Positions 19,836-29,415 of a stretch of DNA of 64,000 nt are shown piece after piece. Source of the DNA: Candidatus Thalassarchaeaceae archaeon (GTDB taxonomy: Archaea > Thermoplasmatota > Poseidoniia > Poseidoniales > Thalassarchaeaceae); the NCBI GenBank assembly GCA_023268715.1, contig JALRLV010000003.1, positions 84,636 through 148,635 on the forward strand, read 5' to 3'. A program made the position numbers and the translations under genes. The stretch's first letter is position 1. Each line of letters opens with the position of its first letter. The notes under the pieces are model-generated. The model had not been told where the DNA came from. It saw only the letters and a list, made by a program, of their open reading frames with translations, and ran no database searches.

Positions 19836-21040
19836 AAGAAATGGTCGAACAAGTTGATGTTTCTGAGCGTGCCGCTGCAATCGAATATGCGATTAGAGAT
19901 GTTGTTGTTCCTGCCGTTGAGTTAGAGAAGCAAGGGCATGAAATTATTCGGCTAAACATTGGAGACCCATTGGCATACGAAGGATTACCAACCCCTGAAC
20001 ATATGATTACTGCCTACAAACATGCATTGGATTCTCAGGACAATGGCTACGGACCTTCGTACGGAATCCCATCTCTTAGGCAGGCTATCGCCAAAGCTGA
20101 ATCCGGCAAAGGCTGGAATTGTTCAGAAGATGATGTGTATGTTACACACGGAGTTACCGAAGCCTTGCAATTAATCTTCGCTGCATTTCTAGAAGAGGGG
20201 ACAAAAGTACTTGCCCCCGGTCCTCATTATCCTCCTTACATGGCTTATCCTCAGATGTATGGCGCAAGCACAATTGAATATCGCCTCAATCCGAAGGATG
20301 GCTGGCGAATTGATCTGGAAGATATCAAAGCCAAGATGGACGATAGTGTTCGTCTATTGGTAATAATTAATCCAAATAATCCTACAGGAAATGTAGTCAC
20401 TTCCTCTGAAATAGATACCTTACTAGAGATCACCAATGAATATCCCAAGTGCACCATTATTGCTGATGAAATCTACGATGCACTTGATTTCACAGGCAAA
20501 CTTTGCTCCATAGCCTCAAGATCGAAATCCACTCCAATAATCGTTCTAAATGGGGTTTCTAAGGTATACTTTGCTCCGGGCTGGCGCATTGGCTACATGG
20601 CATGGCATGACCCTGAAGGTCGCCTAGAGTTGGTTCGCGATGGAGTTGAGAGACTATTGAGAAGTCGGTTGTGTGCTTCTACTCCTGCACAACATGGATA
20701 CTTGGCTGGATTAACTGATGAACACGATTGGCTAGAAGGCCATCGTTCTAGAGTAAAGCAAAGATTGGATTATTGTAAGGATAGAATTTCACAGATAGAT
20801 GGATTGGATTGCGAAGCACCAGGAGGTGCTTTCTACCTATTTGTTAGGATTACAGATGAATCAGTAACTTCAGACAAACAATGGGTTCTAGATCTTCTCC
20901 ACCAACAACATGTATTGGTTGTACATGGCTCGGGATTCTCTCCTGAATTCGGTTCAGGACATTTTCGTATGGTCTGCTTGCCTCCCATCGAAGTATTATC
21001 AACAGCCTTCGACCGAATTGACAAATTCATCAATGGATGA
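19832..21040 (+). CDS. class I/II PLP aminotransferase (alanine aminotransferase-like)
   Basis: YAIRD, LNIGDP, NPNNPTG, DEIY and SK.Y..PGWR.GY motifs; GTGA overlap with the alaS stop. Confidence 0.9.
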   Translation: MKEMVEQVDVSERAAAIEYAIRDVVVPAVELEKQGHEIIRLNIGDPLAYEGLPTPEHMITAYKHALDSQDNGYGPSYGIPSLRQAIAKAESGKGWNCSEDDVYVTHGVTEALQLIFAAFLEEGTKVLAPGPHYPPYMAYPQMYGASTIEYRLNPKDGWRIDLEDIKAKMDDSVRLLVIINPNNPTGNVVTSSEIDTLLEITNEYPKCTIIADEIYDALDFTGKLCSIASRSKSTPIIVLNGVSKVYFAPGWRIGYMAWHDPEGRLELVRDGVERLLRSRLCASTPAQHGYLAGLTDEHDWLEGHRSRVKQRLDYCKDRISQIDGLDCEAPGGAFYLFVRITDESVTSDKQWVLDLLHQQHVLVVHGSGFSPEFGSGHFRMVCLPPIEVLSTAFDRIDKFING

Positions 21041-21044
21041 TCGC

Positions 21045-22151
21045 ATGGGTTTTTTTGATTTCTTCAATCGAAAAAAATCCACATCTGACCCTTTGGAAAG
21101 CATAAAACAACGATGGTTATACCTTTCTAATGGATTGATAAAAGACAATTTTTCCTCAAAAATCAATCATTACGGCGCTAGATTCTCCACCCATGGATTT
21201 GAGACATGGTTCTTGGGTTTAGAACAGAGGCTAGATCAGAGTTTAGGCCGTAGATTAGCCCATGCGGCTTTAGAACATCAGGAATTTTTCATGAAAAATT
21301 CTGGGGTTAAAATCCCATCTAGTAGAGATCCTAATAATTGGACGGAAAATTTACTAGATTGGCAAACAAGAGGCCTTGGAGTGTATAGAAAAATAGACGA
21401 TGAGGACGAAATTAGGTTGCTTGTTGAAAATCCCGCCTCATCCCCGATATGCTCTGGTTTACTTACATCAGCATGGGAAATTGCTACAGCAAAACGTCAC
21501 CGTTTTGTTTGGTCTCAGAGTTCCCAAGAAGGCCTAGTTGTTAGTTTGAATCTTGACCATAAGGACTTACCAAACCCTACCGAACAAGTCCTCATCTGGC
21601 CAAATTCGGATAATGAATTTGTAAATTACGAATTGACAGAGGACTCTTGGGAGGACCTAAGGGTAGGATCTCCTGGAGTGTGGTCATTAATGAATGAAAG
21701 AAAATTTATTATTCACAGAGACCTGATTTTAAGATTTGAAGAGTTTTGCCTTCCATATATTTCCACCATTGAATCGGGAAGGCAAGATATCGAATGGCCA
21801 ATTGCAGATGAGGAGCGTAAGTTATGGTGGACCTCAGCGGCTGATTCAATGAGGCAAATGCATTTTGATTCGGGCTTACATATTTTAATTTCAAAGCCAG
21901 ATGATTGGATTGGAATAGGACGTAGACATCTGTCGATGAATGGTCTAGGAGCGGTTGAATCTGCGGAGTCATTTGACGGACACGGAGGTGTAAAAATTAC
22001 CCTAAAAAATACATTTCATCCAGCAATTTCAGGAGGCGTATTATTGGCTTGCTGGGAACGTGCTCACGGAAGGCGTGGAAAACTAAAGTGTAGATTTAAC
22101 AGTGGCTCAGTAGACTTATTTTTGTCCTCATCTGTTGATATAGCAGACTGA
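21045..22151 (+). CDS. hypothetical protein with two tandem V4R-like domains
   Basis: Internal duplication W..RGLG...L.VENP....CSG.L..AWE and MNGLG...ITLKN....SGG.L.ACWE. Confidence 0.6.
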   Translation: MGFFDFFNRKKSTSDPLESIKQRWLYLSNGLIKDNFSSKINHYGARFSTHGFETWFLGLEQRLDQSLGRRLAHAALEHQEFFMKNSGVKIPSSRDPNNWTENLLDWQTRGLGVYRKIDDEDEIRLLVENPASSPICSGLLTSAWEIATAKRHRFVWSQSSQEGLVVSLNLDHKDLPNPTEQVLIWPNSDNEFVNYELTEDSWEDLRVGSPGVWSLMNERKFIIHRDLILRFEEFCLPYISTIESGRQDIEWPIADEERKLWWTSAADSMRQMHFDSGLHILISKPDDWIGIGRRHLSMNGLGAVESAESFDGHGGVKITLKNTFHPAISGGVLLACWERAHGRRGKLKCRFNSGSVDLFLSSSVDIAD

Positions 22152-22224
22152 GGTTTGAGATGCGTTATCGCTGAAACATTATATCCATGACTTAAGTCAA
22201 CATAGCAACCCCGTTAGGGGTTGG

Positions 22225-25200
22225 GTGAGAATTTTGGCTTTGAATCACAATCAATACGCAGTTGCGGCGATTGCCGTGACACTATGTCTAGCAGGGTTCT
22301 ACACGATTATCGACGCAGGACTTTCGACTACCGAATCTGGTGGATTTGAGCCAGCGGGTTCAGATGTCATATCCTCAGATGCTGAGGCGCAACAGGCCGG
22401 AAGAGATTCGGATGGAGACGGCCTTCCGGATAGGATGGAGCAGACTCTGTACGGTACGGATGATAATAATCCCGATACCGATGGAGACGGGTTAGAAGAC
22501 GGCTGGGAGGTCGCTAACGGATTGGATCCATTGGACAGCGGGGAGCCAGACGAACGCGATATCGAAAATACGAATGCCGATGGAGAAGATGCTGGTGAAC
22601 AAAATGAAACCTTCCCAGACCCGGACAACGGCCCCTACGGCGACCCAGATCGCGATGGCCTGACTAATGAGCAGGAAGCAGCTATTGGTACAAACCCGAC
22701 AGCTAGCGATAGTGACGGCGATGGCTTGAATGATCGCTGGGAATCACTATACACTGAAACTGTGCAAACACCCCAAGGTCCTGTGACTTTACTAGACCCA
22801 TTAAATCCAAACTGGGGATGCCCTTTACTTTCACCTCAAGTTGAGGCTGAAATGCGGTTAATCATAGGGACTAGCACATGGAATTCCCTACCGGTTGGCC
22901 CAAATGGAGATCATTCCTGTGATTCAGTTTTAGATATCGACAGGCAGGGTCCAGATTCGCTACCGAATTATCTTGAGGAAATATACGACACCAATCCACT
23001 GGAGGAAGACAGCGATGGAGATTTAATTCCAGACAGAATCGAAGTCGGTTTTGGTTCCCAAGACCTACAAGTTCACTGCGGCGTACCTCAATTCGGAACA
23101 ATACGATTGGACGCACCATACACTGATTTAATGAGTGGGGTTGGCGATTTAACCTGGTTTAATGAAGACATGGATGGAGATGGACGTCTGAATGGACCAG
23201 GTGATTGGGACACAGATGGCGATGGGATGCCTGACGGGTTCGAGTATTGTTACAACACCCTACTAAACCCCGCAAATTCCACCGATGCCTACGGCGATGT
23301 TGATGAAGATGGCTTGAACAATGTAGAGGAATATGAGGTGGCTTACACCTGGGGGGCAGTCAACTTCACGAATCCCTTAGTCGCCGATACCGACAGCGAT
23401 GGTATGCCAGATGGATGGGAGTACAATAGCGGCATCCATCCTAACGACGGTAGCAACGCGGAGGAAGACCCTGATTTCGATGGCTATGATGCAGATGGTG
23501 ATGGAGCCGTTCGCTACACTGATTTGGTTGGTATCTCCACAGTACACAGCATTGTTGTGGAAATCGGAGATTTTGTACAGGTTAATCGCACTGTAATGTG
23601 GGTCAGAACTGTTCAGGACAGCCAATATGTAAACATCCCCGTCAAAACCCCAACCGAAGGATATGTTTACGCTATCAACATCGAAGTGGGTCAGGAAGTA
23701 ATTAGTCGTCTACAAGACCTTGCAATCGTTGTTGAAGATCATGAGCGATTTACCAACCTAGATGAATATCGTGCCAAGTTTAGCCCTGACACAGATTTTA
23801 ATCAGCCAGAAGAAGATTGGGCAATATTGGGACGTTCAACTGACCCACTAGTTCAGGACACTGACGGCGATGGTCTCATCGATGGTATCGAGGTAATCGG
23901 CTGGACCATCAGAGTCGTGGATATGGGAGTTCGAGATGTTACTGTCTATTCAGACCCTGGAGTTTACGACACAGATAGAGATGGGTTGTCAGATTCTGTT
24001 GAATATTTTGAAACGTTCACAAACGCTAGTGATAGAGATACAGATAGTGATGGATTGGAAGATTTCACCGAAGCGGTAGACGGATTTATGTGGAATGGAT
24101 CAGTTTACTTCACGAATGCCTCAATGTTTGATACAGATAACGATGGTTTGAATGACGGAGAAGAGGTAATCAATGGTCAAGACCAGTACATCACTAATGC
24201 AAACAATCCAGATACTGATGATGATGGGCTTTCAGATGGAGGAGAGGTCCTGTATATTCCTCGACCTTGGCAATCTGCCACAAATCCACTGGACAATGAC
24301 ACCGATGACGATGGTCAACCGGATGGTTGGGAGATGCAGGTCTTTTCAGTTCAGCAGAATACAAATTCCCACAGTCTTTGGGTAACCACTCAAAATTGGT
24401 TACCATTCGGGTGTACTAGTATGATCGAATGTGGACTTGGTCCTGGCGGATGGGTTTGGGATAGTTACCTCAAGGGTTTCCAAACATCGGGGGATAGGAA
24501 TGGCGATGGTATTCTTGATCCTAAATATTTCATTCACGAGATGAATTTAACAGGATTCACAATTCCTAATGATGGAAGATGGGCATTAGATCCGTCATTC
24601 GGTTCTATGCCAGACTCTAATTTTGATATCGATAATGACACCCTTCTCAACGCTCTAGAAGCCCCAGATAGGTGGGACACAAATCCTGTTGACGATGACA
24701 CAGATGGTGATTTACTAGCTGATGGTTGGGAAGTATCTGCATCCGAGAGAGCGATTAGCTTGGGTCTGGTTGACAACAATACACTCGATGCTCTTGGTGC
24801 AAGAGGGCCAATGGACCCCAGAATGCCCGATTCGGATTTAGATGGTATAGATGACGGCTCCGAAGATTTTGATGATGATGGTCTGAATCGCACGCATTTA
24901 CTGAATAGGTATTGCCCAGGTTGGGACGATCCACAAAATGCTGAATGTCACATCGACCCAACCACCGATAAGGGAGGTCGCTTCTATGATGATTTGGAGA
25001 ATTATACAAATTACGAAGAATTCCAAAATAAGACCGACCCTGTATTAGCCGATTCCGACGGAGATGGATGGGCTGACGGGTCTGAGGTTTACCACCAAGA
25101 TCATGACAATGATGGAATGTGGTCTGGATGGGAATTTTACTTCGATTTCGACCCATTCGATGCTGCAGATGCTTTCGTTGATTCAGATGGTGATGGCTAC

Positions 25201-25287
25201 AATAACAAATGTGAAAATAAATGGAATACAAATCCAAAAGACCCTACTAGTTTCCCCAGTCAAGGAGAATTGTGTACAAACGATTAG
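22225..25287 (+). CDS. secreted/anchored Ca-binding repeat protein (D-x-D-x-D-G-x-x-D-x-x-E, TSP3-like repeats)
   Basis: N-terminal TM/signal; numerous DSDGDG.PD..E....T.P repeats. Confidence 0.85.
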   Translation: MRILALNHNQYAVAAIAVTLCLAGFYTIIDAGLSTTESGGFEPAGSDVISSDAEAQQAGRDSDGDGLPDRMEQTLYGTDDNNPDTDGDGLEDGWEVANGLDPLDSGEPDERDIENTNADGEDAGEQNETFPDPDNGPYGDPDRDGLTNEQEAAIGTNPTASDSDGDGLNDRWESLYTETVQTPQGPVTLLDPLNPNWGCPLLSPQVEAEMRLIIGTSTWNSLPVGPNGDHSCDSVLDIDRQGPDSLPNYLEEIYDTNPLEEDSDGDLIPDRIEVGFGSQDLQVHCGVPQFGTIRLDAPYTDLMSGVGDLTWFNEDMDGDGRLNGPGDWDTDGDGMPDGFEYCYNTLLNPANSTDAYGDVDEDGLNNVEEYEVAYTWGAVNFTNPLVADTDSDGMPDGWEYNSGIHPNDGSNAEEDPDFDGYDADGDGAVRYTDLVGISTVHSIVVEIGDFVQVNRTVMWVRTVQDSQYVNIPVKTPTEGYVYAINIEVGQEVISRLQDLAIVVEDHERFTNLDEYRAKFSPDTDFNQPEEDWAILGRSTDPLVQDTDGDGLIDGIEVIGWTIRVVDMGVRDVTVYSDPGVYDTDRDGLSDSVEYFETFTNASDRDTDSDGLEDFTEAVDGFMWNGSVYFTNASMFDTDNDGLNDGEEVINGQDQYITNANNPDTDDDGLSDGGEVLYIPRPWQSATNPLDNDTDDDGQPDGWEMQVFSVQQNTNSHSLWVTTQNWLPFGCTSMIECGLGPGGWVWDSYLKGFQTSGDRNGDGILDPKYFIHEMNLTGFTIPNDGRWALDPSFGSMPDSNFDIDNDTLLNALEAPDRWDTNPVDDDTDGDLLADGWEVSASERAISLGLVDNNTLDALGARGPMDPRMPDSDLDGIDDGSEDFDDDGLNRTHLLNRYCPGWDDPQNAECHIDPTTDKGGRFYDDLENYTNYEEFQNKTDPVLADSDGDGWADGSEVYHQDHDNDGMWSGWEFYFDFDPFDAADAFVDSDGDGYNNKCENKWNTNPKDPTSFPSQGELCTND

Positions 25288-25342
25288 TTCGTATGCCTTA
25301 GGTTTCATCACATAACACCCTCTCCGACGTATTGGTGAGAAT

Positions 25343-25816
25343 ATGTCTTGGTGGGTAATGCCTACTACTGCAGATATTGGGTTTAGGGCATTCTCAGATA
25401 GCCCAACAGGTATTCTTAGGGAATCTGCCTTTGCCTTGCAGGGGGTCCAACTTTCTGATAGAGGATTAGAATATCTAGACGGACACATACGCCACGTTGC
25501 TGAATGGAGTATACCGTTTGGTAGTGCAGATATTGAACGCACCCTCGTCAGATGGTTGGAAGAGGTATTGTACAATTCCTATGTCGAAGATAAATGGCTG
25601 GTAGAATCAGAATTATCGATTGACGAGGAGTATCTCCGAGCACAGGTTTTGTGGGTTGAATCTAGAGACGTTGAATTGGAAATTGAGGTCAAGGCAGTAA
25701 CTCTCCATGACCTTGTTGTGAGAGAAGTAGGTTTGGGAGAGATTGTCGATGGAGTTGACGGTGTGCCTTCGTTTGAAGGACCTGGTTGGATGGCACAAGT
25801 AGTATTGGACGTTTGA
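25343..25816 (+). CDS. archease
   Basis: TTADIG.RA, LV.WL.E.LY, EVKAVT.H.L and terminal V.LDV motifs. Confidence 0.85.
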   Translation: MSWWVMPTTADIGFRAFSDSPTGILRESAFALQGVQLSDRGLEYLDGHIRHVAEWSIPFGSADIERTLVRWLEEVLYNSYVEDKWLVESELSIDEEYLRAQVLWVESRDVELEIEVKAVTLHDLVVREVGLGEIVDGVDGVPSFEGPGWMAQVVLDV

Positions 25817-25821
25817 AACGA

Positions 25822-26553
25822 TTAAGCCAATCCTTCCCAGATATAGAATATGCCACTAGCAACTATTCCAATCATTACACCATTATGGATCGATGTCGAT
25901 TTCAAAGCCTTCAACCACTTTTTCCCAACCCTAACTCCAATTATTGCCGAGATGACTAGAACTAGCGTGATTTGGGAGTGTGCCAGTAGTTCCTCAGGCC
26001 TAAAAATAAGATATACAGGAATTCGTGAAAGGTCTACGCATAGTGCCAGAATACTCGCGGTCGCAGCATAAGCCATTTTGTCGGGTAGTCTGCGAGTAAG
26101 GAACATCGCACGCAGAGCTCCTTGGTGACCGGACAACCCACCCATGAATCCCGAACCAAATCCGCCGATACGGTCATTTGCTTCTGGAATACGATATCCA
26201 GTCCATTTTTCTGATACTGTCAGAATTGGCAGAAAAATCAAAAATAATCCGATTATTACCAATAAAGGATTTTGAGGCACCTCATTCTGTAAAATGGCAC
26301 CTAATACTGCACCAATAACTAACCAAATTCCATAATGCTTGAAGGCGGTCAAATCTACAGAATCCCACATACTCCAGCATTTTGCAGCGTTGTGTGCACC
26401 ATGTACAACTGCAACTACTGCAACAGCCTCATGAGGCGGCATTAGTAGCAAGGCGAATGGAGTAAGCATAGTCGAAAGCCCAAAACCGGCTGGAACCGTT
26501 AATGCAGCAGCAAAGAAGGAGCCAATAGCAGCGATTACTAGGATTTCATCCAC
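25822..26553 (-). CDS. TauE/SafE family (TSUP) membrane transporter
   Basis: GFG...LTP and G..SGF.GGLSG.QG..R repeat motifs; about 8 TM. Confidence 0.85.
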   Translation of the reverse strand: MDEILVIAAIGSFFAAALTVPAGFGLSTMLTPFALLLMPPHEAVAVVAVVHGAHNAAKCWSMWDSVDLTAFKHYGIWLVIGAVLGAILQNEVPQNPLLVIIGLFLIFLPILTVSEKWTGYRIPEANDRIGGFGSGFMGGLSGHQGALRAMFLTRRLPDKMAYAATASILALCVDLSRIPVYLIFRPEELLAHSQITLVLVISAIIGVRVGKKWLKALKSTSIHNGVMIGIVASGIFYIWEGLA

Positions 26554-26613
26554 ATCTATCTGTTGGTAATTTAGGATGTAGGCTTTTGCCCACTAGAATC
26601 TATGAAATATTGA

Positions 26614-27666
26614 TTATTCATCTACATTGAATCTCTGATATACTTCATTAGTAGTTTGAGTGACTCGTATGAATGTGGTACATTTTGGCAAGTCTTTGAT
26701 TCGCCGAGCGCCTACGTATGAGCATGCAGAGCGAACTCCTCCAAGGATAGCCTGAACTGTAATTTCCAAAGCCCCTCGGTAGGGGACTCGAACCTCTTTA
26801 CCTTCTGGTGCACGGTGCTTTGCAACTTCCCCATAGTGAGTTTCCATAGCCTTGGCGCTGGACATTCCGTAGAATGATTTGTACTGTTTCCCATTATCCC
26901 CAGTGACGAGTTCCCCACCCGATTCATCATGGCCAGCGAACATCCCGCCTAACATTACGAAGTCGGCTCCCGCAGCGAAGGCTTTGGCTACATCACCAGG
27001 ACTTGAACAACCTCCGTCGGCCATAACGTGTCCAGCCAAACCATGTGCGGCGTCTGCACATTCTGCAATTGCAGAAAGTTGAGGATAACCGACACCTGCT
27101 ACCTTCCGAGTTGTACATACTGAACCTGGTCCAATTCCAACTTTGACAATGTCTGCACCGGCTAGAATTAACGCTTCGGTCATTTCTCGGGTTGCAACAT
27201 TACCGGCGATAATTATAGAGGATGAGAATTCATTCCTGACCTTCTTTACGAAATCCAAAAACACCTCTCGATACCCGTTTGCAACATCAATACAAATCAA
27301 TTTCGTGGCGGAGTTTGTACTCATCTTTCGCTTTAGTAAATCGAACGAATTGTCGGTAGAGCCACAGGTAACAGCAACGTATTCTGGGTTAATTCCATCA
27401 TTCCAAGCAGCTGCATAATCCTTGGTTGAGTAGAATTTTTGCATACAAGTCATCATTTGGTATTTTTGTAATTCTGCAGCCACGCTGAATAGTCCTGTAG
27501 TATCCATATTCGCAGAAACGATTGGCACGCCGGTCCACGTAGCATCGGAATGTCGAAAAGTGAATTCACGAACCAAAGTAACATCCGATCGCGAAACCAG
27601 CGTACTGCGCTTAGGTCTAATCAATACATCATCAAAGGTAAGCTTCACGTCGTGTTCTACACGCAT
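26614..27666 (-). CDS. guaC: GMP reductase
   Basis: [43 protein letters not shown] and FYGMSS; no CBS domains. Confidence 0.95.
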   Translation of the reverse strand: MRVEHDVKLTFDDVLIRPKRSTLVSRSDVTLVREFTFRHSDATWTGVPIVSANMDTTGLFSVAAELQKYQMMTCMQKFYSTKDYAAAWNDGINPEYVAVTCGSTDNSFDLLKRKMSTNSATKLICIDVANGYREVFLDFVKKVRNEFSSSIIIAGNVATREMTEALILAGADIVKVGIGPGSVCTTRKVAGVGYPQLSAIAECADAAHGLAGHVMADGGCSSPGDVAKAFAAGADFVMLGGMFAGHDESGGELVTGDNGKQYKSFYGMSSAKAMETHYGEVAKHRAPEGKEVRVPYRGALEITVQAILGGVRSACSYVGARRIKDLPKCTTFIRVTQTTNEVYQRFNVDE

Positions 27667-27746
27667 CTGAACCTTACTACTCCAACGTAGGTCCATTTAA
27701 GACCGTTCTGACAGATTCTATCTCAATTGAATCTCAATTTGGTATA

Positions 27747-27824
27747 TGGTGCTCGTGCCGGGATTTGAACCCGGGTCGACGGATCGAGAGTCCGTCATGA
27801 TGGACCGAACTACACTACACGAGC
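27747..27824 (-). tRNA. tRNA-Glu(CTC)
   Basis: GCTCGTG/CACGAGC acceptor stem, ACGGA-CTCTCGA-TCCGT anticodon arm, encoded CCA. Confidence 0.95.
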
Positions 27825-27887
27825 GGGTAGCACGGCGACTGAGACTCTCTATTTGAAAACGATGGAGGTCATATTTTTACGGCAGAT

Positions 27888-27932
27888 ATTCACTTTCACT
27901 TTTACTTTGCACTCTTCTGTCTTCATTGATAT
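27888..27932 (+). promoter_or_regulatory. tandem ACTTTN hexamer element plus ATTGATAT box (putative DNA-damage response promoter)
   Basis: ATTCACTTTCACTTTTACTTTGC at 27888-27910, ATTGATAT at 27925, ATG at 27955. Confidence 0.6.
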
Positions 27933-27954
27933 GCTGATCGAGCGACATTGGCCC

Positions 27955-28230
27955 ATGAACCGAAGTCTTAACCGCGATACAGAACAAATTTACAGAAAGC
28001 GACCAGAACCCGTACGTGTAGTGCCATTTTCTAGCCTAAACAAGACAACTGGTAAATCTACCAGGCGTAATTCTGAGGTGTTGGTCAACTCATCCAATGG
28101 GAATGCTACAGAAGGTCTATGGCAACCTATGCCAAAACGTGCGATAGAGGTTAATGTTAGCCCTTCTAGTTGGAGTGGATTGCATTCCCGAGTTCTTGCA
28201 TCGAGAAAAGTCACAGTGGAGGTTATCTGA
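27955..28230 (+). CDS. small basic hypothetical protein
   Basis: ORF from ATG 27955; its stop overlaps the next start (TGATG), with a GGAGGT SD for the next gene at its 3' end. Confidence 0.55.
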   Translation: MNRSLNRDTEQIYRKRPEPVRVVPFSSLNKTTGKSTRRNSEVLVNSSNGNATEGLWQPMPKRAIEVNVSPSSWSGLHSRVLASRKVTVEVI

Positions 28231-28484
28231 TGTCTCGTACTCGAAGATTGCGAGAAGCCGTATTGGTGCTACTTGAAGAAAAAGGAACAGCCAATACGGT
28301 GGAGGTATTTGACCATCTAAATGAGAGATTTAGATGGGGTGCTACCATGAATCAAGTGGGGAATATTCTAGCTAAAGATCCTCGCTTTTCTAAAGTGGGC
28401 CATCAGAGAGGTCAATTCAGAGGCAGTGTTTACACAGTCTGCGTTTGGTCGTTGTCAACCGAACCCCTGATTCCAGCAGTTTAA
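28230..28484 (+). CDS. winged-helix putative nucleic-acid-binding protein (DUF3860-like)
   Basis: RLREAV..LL.EKG.ANT.EVFDHLN.R.RWGATMNQVGN.LAKD.RF.KVG...VW pattern. Confidence 0.75.
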   Translation: MSRTRRLREAVLVLLEEKGTANTVEVFDHLNERFRWGATMNQVGNILAKDPRFSKVGHQRGQFRGSVYTVCVWSLSTEPLIPAV

Positions 28485-28524
28485 GCGTGGAAGGAATGAA
28501 GACTGACATAGTCTTCCGTAAAGC

Positions 28525-29415
28525 GTGGGAATGGTTCGAGACTGGCTAGATTTATTCCGCGCGGGAAATTGTGTTACTGGATTTGTAGGAGTATTCCTCG
28601 GAGCAATTCTTACTCTAGAGGATATCCCGACAGGTGACAATCTCAAAATTACAACACTCTTGGCATTGTCAGTATATTCTTTCATGGCATCATGGAATGC
28701 ACTAAACGATTATCTTGATCTCGAAATAGATAAAATAAATCGACCAGATAGACCCTTACCTTCTGGTCGAATAAGTAAATCTTTATCCTTTACAGCAATA
28801 ATATTGACTTGCGCTATCTCCTTCATTTCACTATTCCTAGCAGGGCAAATTGCAAATGATATCACAGACAATTTTCAAGACTGGTATCCTACCATTTTCA
28901 TCTGGCTTATCGCATTAACTCTCCTAGTAAATTATGAAGATGACCGAATTTTATTAGGTTTGAAAAATAGGGGATTACCTGGAAATCTAGCCATATCAAT
29001 ATCAGTCGGATTAGTGGTTTTATTCGGCGCGGCGGGGTTGTTTGATCCACTTAATGAACGGGCAGTATCCTTGTTTTTCATCGGAACGCTGTATAATTTA
29101 TCTCGTGAGATAATCAAGGATGTCGAAGATATGGATGGTGATGAAGGGCGAAATACCTACGCAATGAGAGCAGGTGCTGAAAATGCTAGATTAGCATCTT
29201 GGGTAATCTTGCTAATCACTTTAGTAGCTTTACTTACTCCCTTTGCCTTAGGGATTTTTGATCTAATCCACATAATTTTCATAGCACCTGGTTTATTTAC
29301 ATTGATGAGTGTAAAGAAACATATCTATTTGGCAGAAGACTCTGCTGCATCGAGATTGATTAAAATCTCAATGACCCTAACAATGATTGGTCTAATTTTA
29401 GCAGCGTTGATGTAA
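28525..29415 (+). CDS. digeranylgeranylglyceryl phosphate synthase (UbiA prenyltransferase family)
   Basis: R..N, NDY.D.EID.INRPDRPLPSG and REI.KD.ED..GD motifs; multi-TM. Confidence 0.9.
   Translation: MGMVRDWLDLFRAGNCVTGFVGVFLGAILTLEDIPTGDNLKITTLLALSVYSFMASWNALNDYLDLEIDKINRPDRPLPSGRISKSLSFTAIILTCAISFISLFLAGQIANDITDNFQDWYPTIFIWLIALTLLVNYEDDRILLGLKNRGLPGNLAISISVGLVVLFGAAGLFDPLNERAVSLFFIGTLYNLSREIIKDVEDMDGDEGRNTYAMRAGAENARLASWVILLITLVALLTPFALGIFDLIHIIFIAPGLFTLMSVKKHIYLAEDSAASRLIKISMTLTMIGLILAALM

Noticed and set aside
22400-25260. Recurring GATGG(A/T)GA(T/C)GG nucleotide repeats
   Set aside because: They are explained by the protein-level DxDGDG repeats and lack the constant repeat-spacer structure of a CRISPR array.
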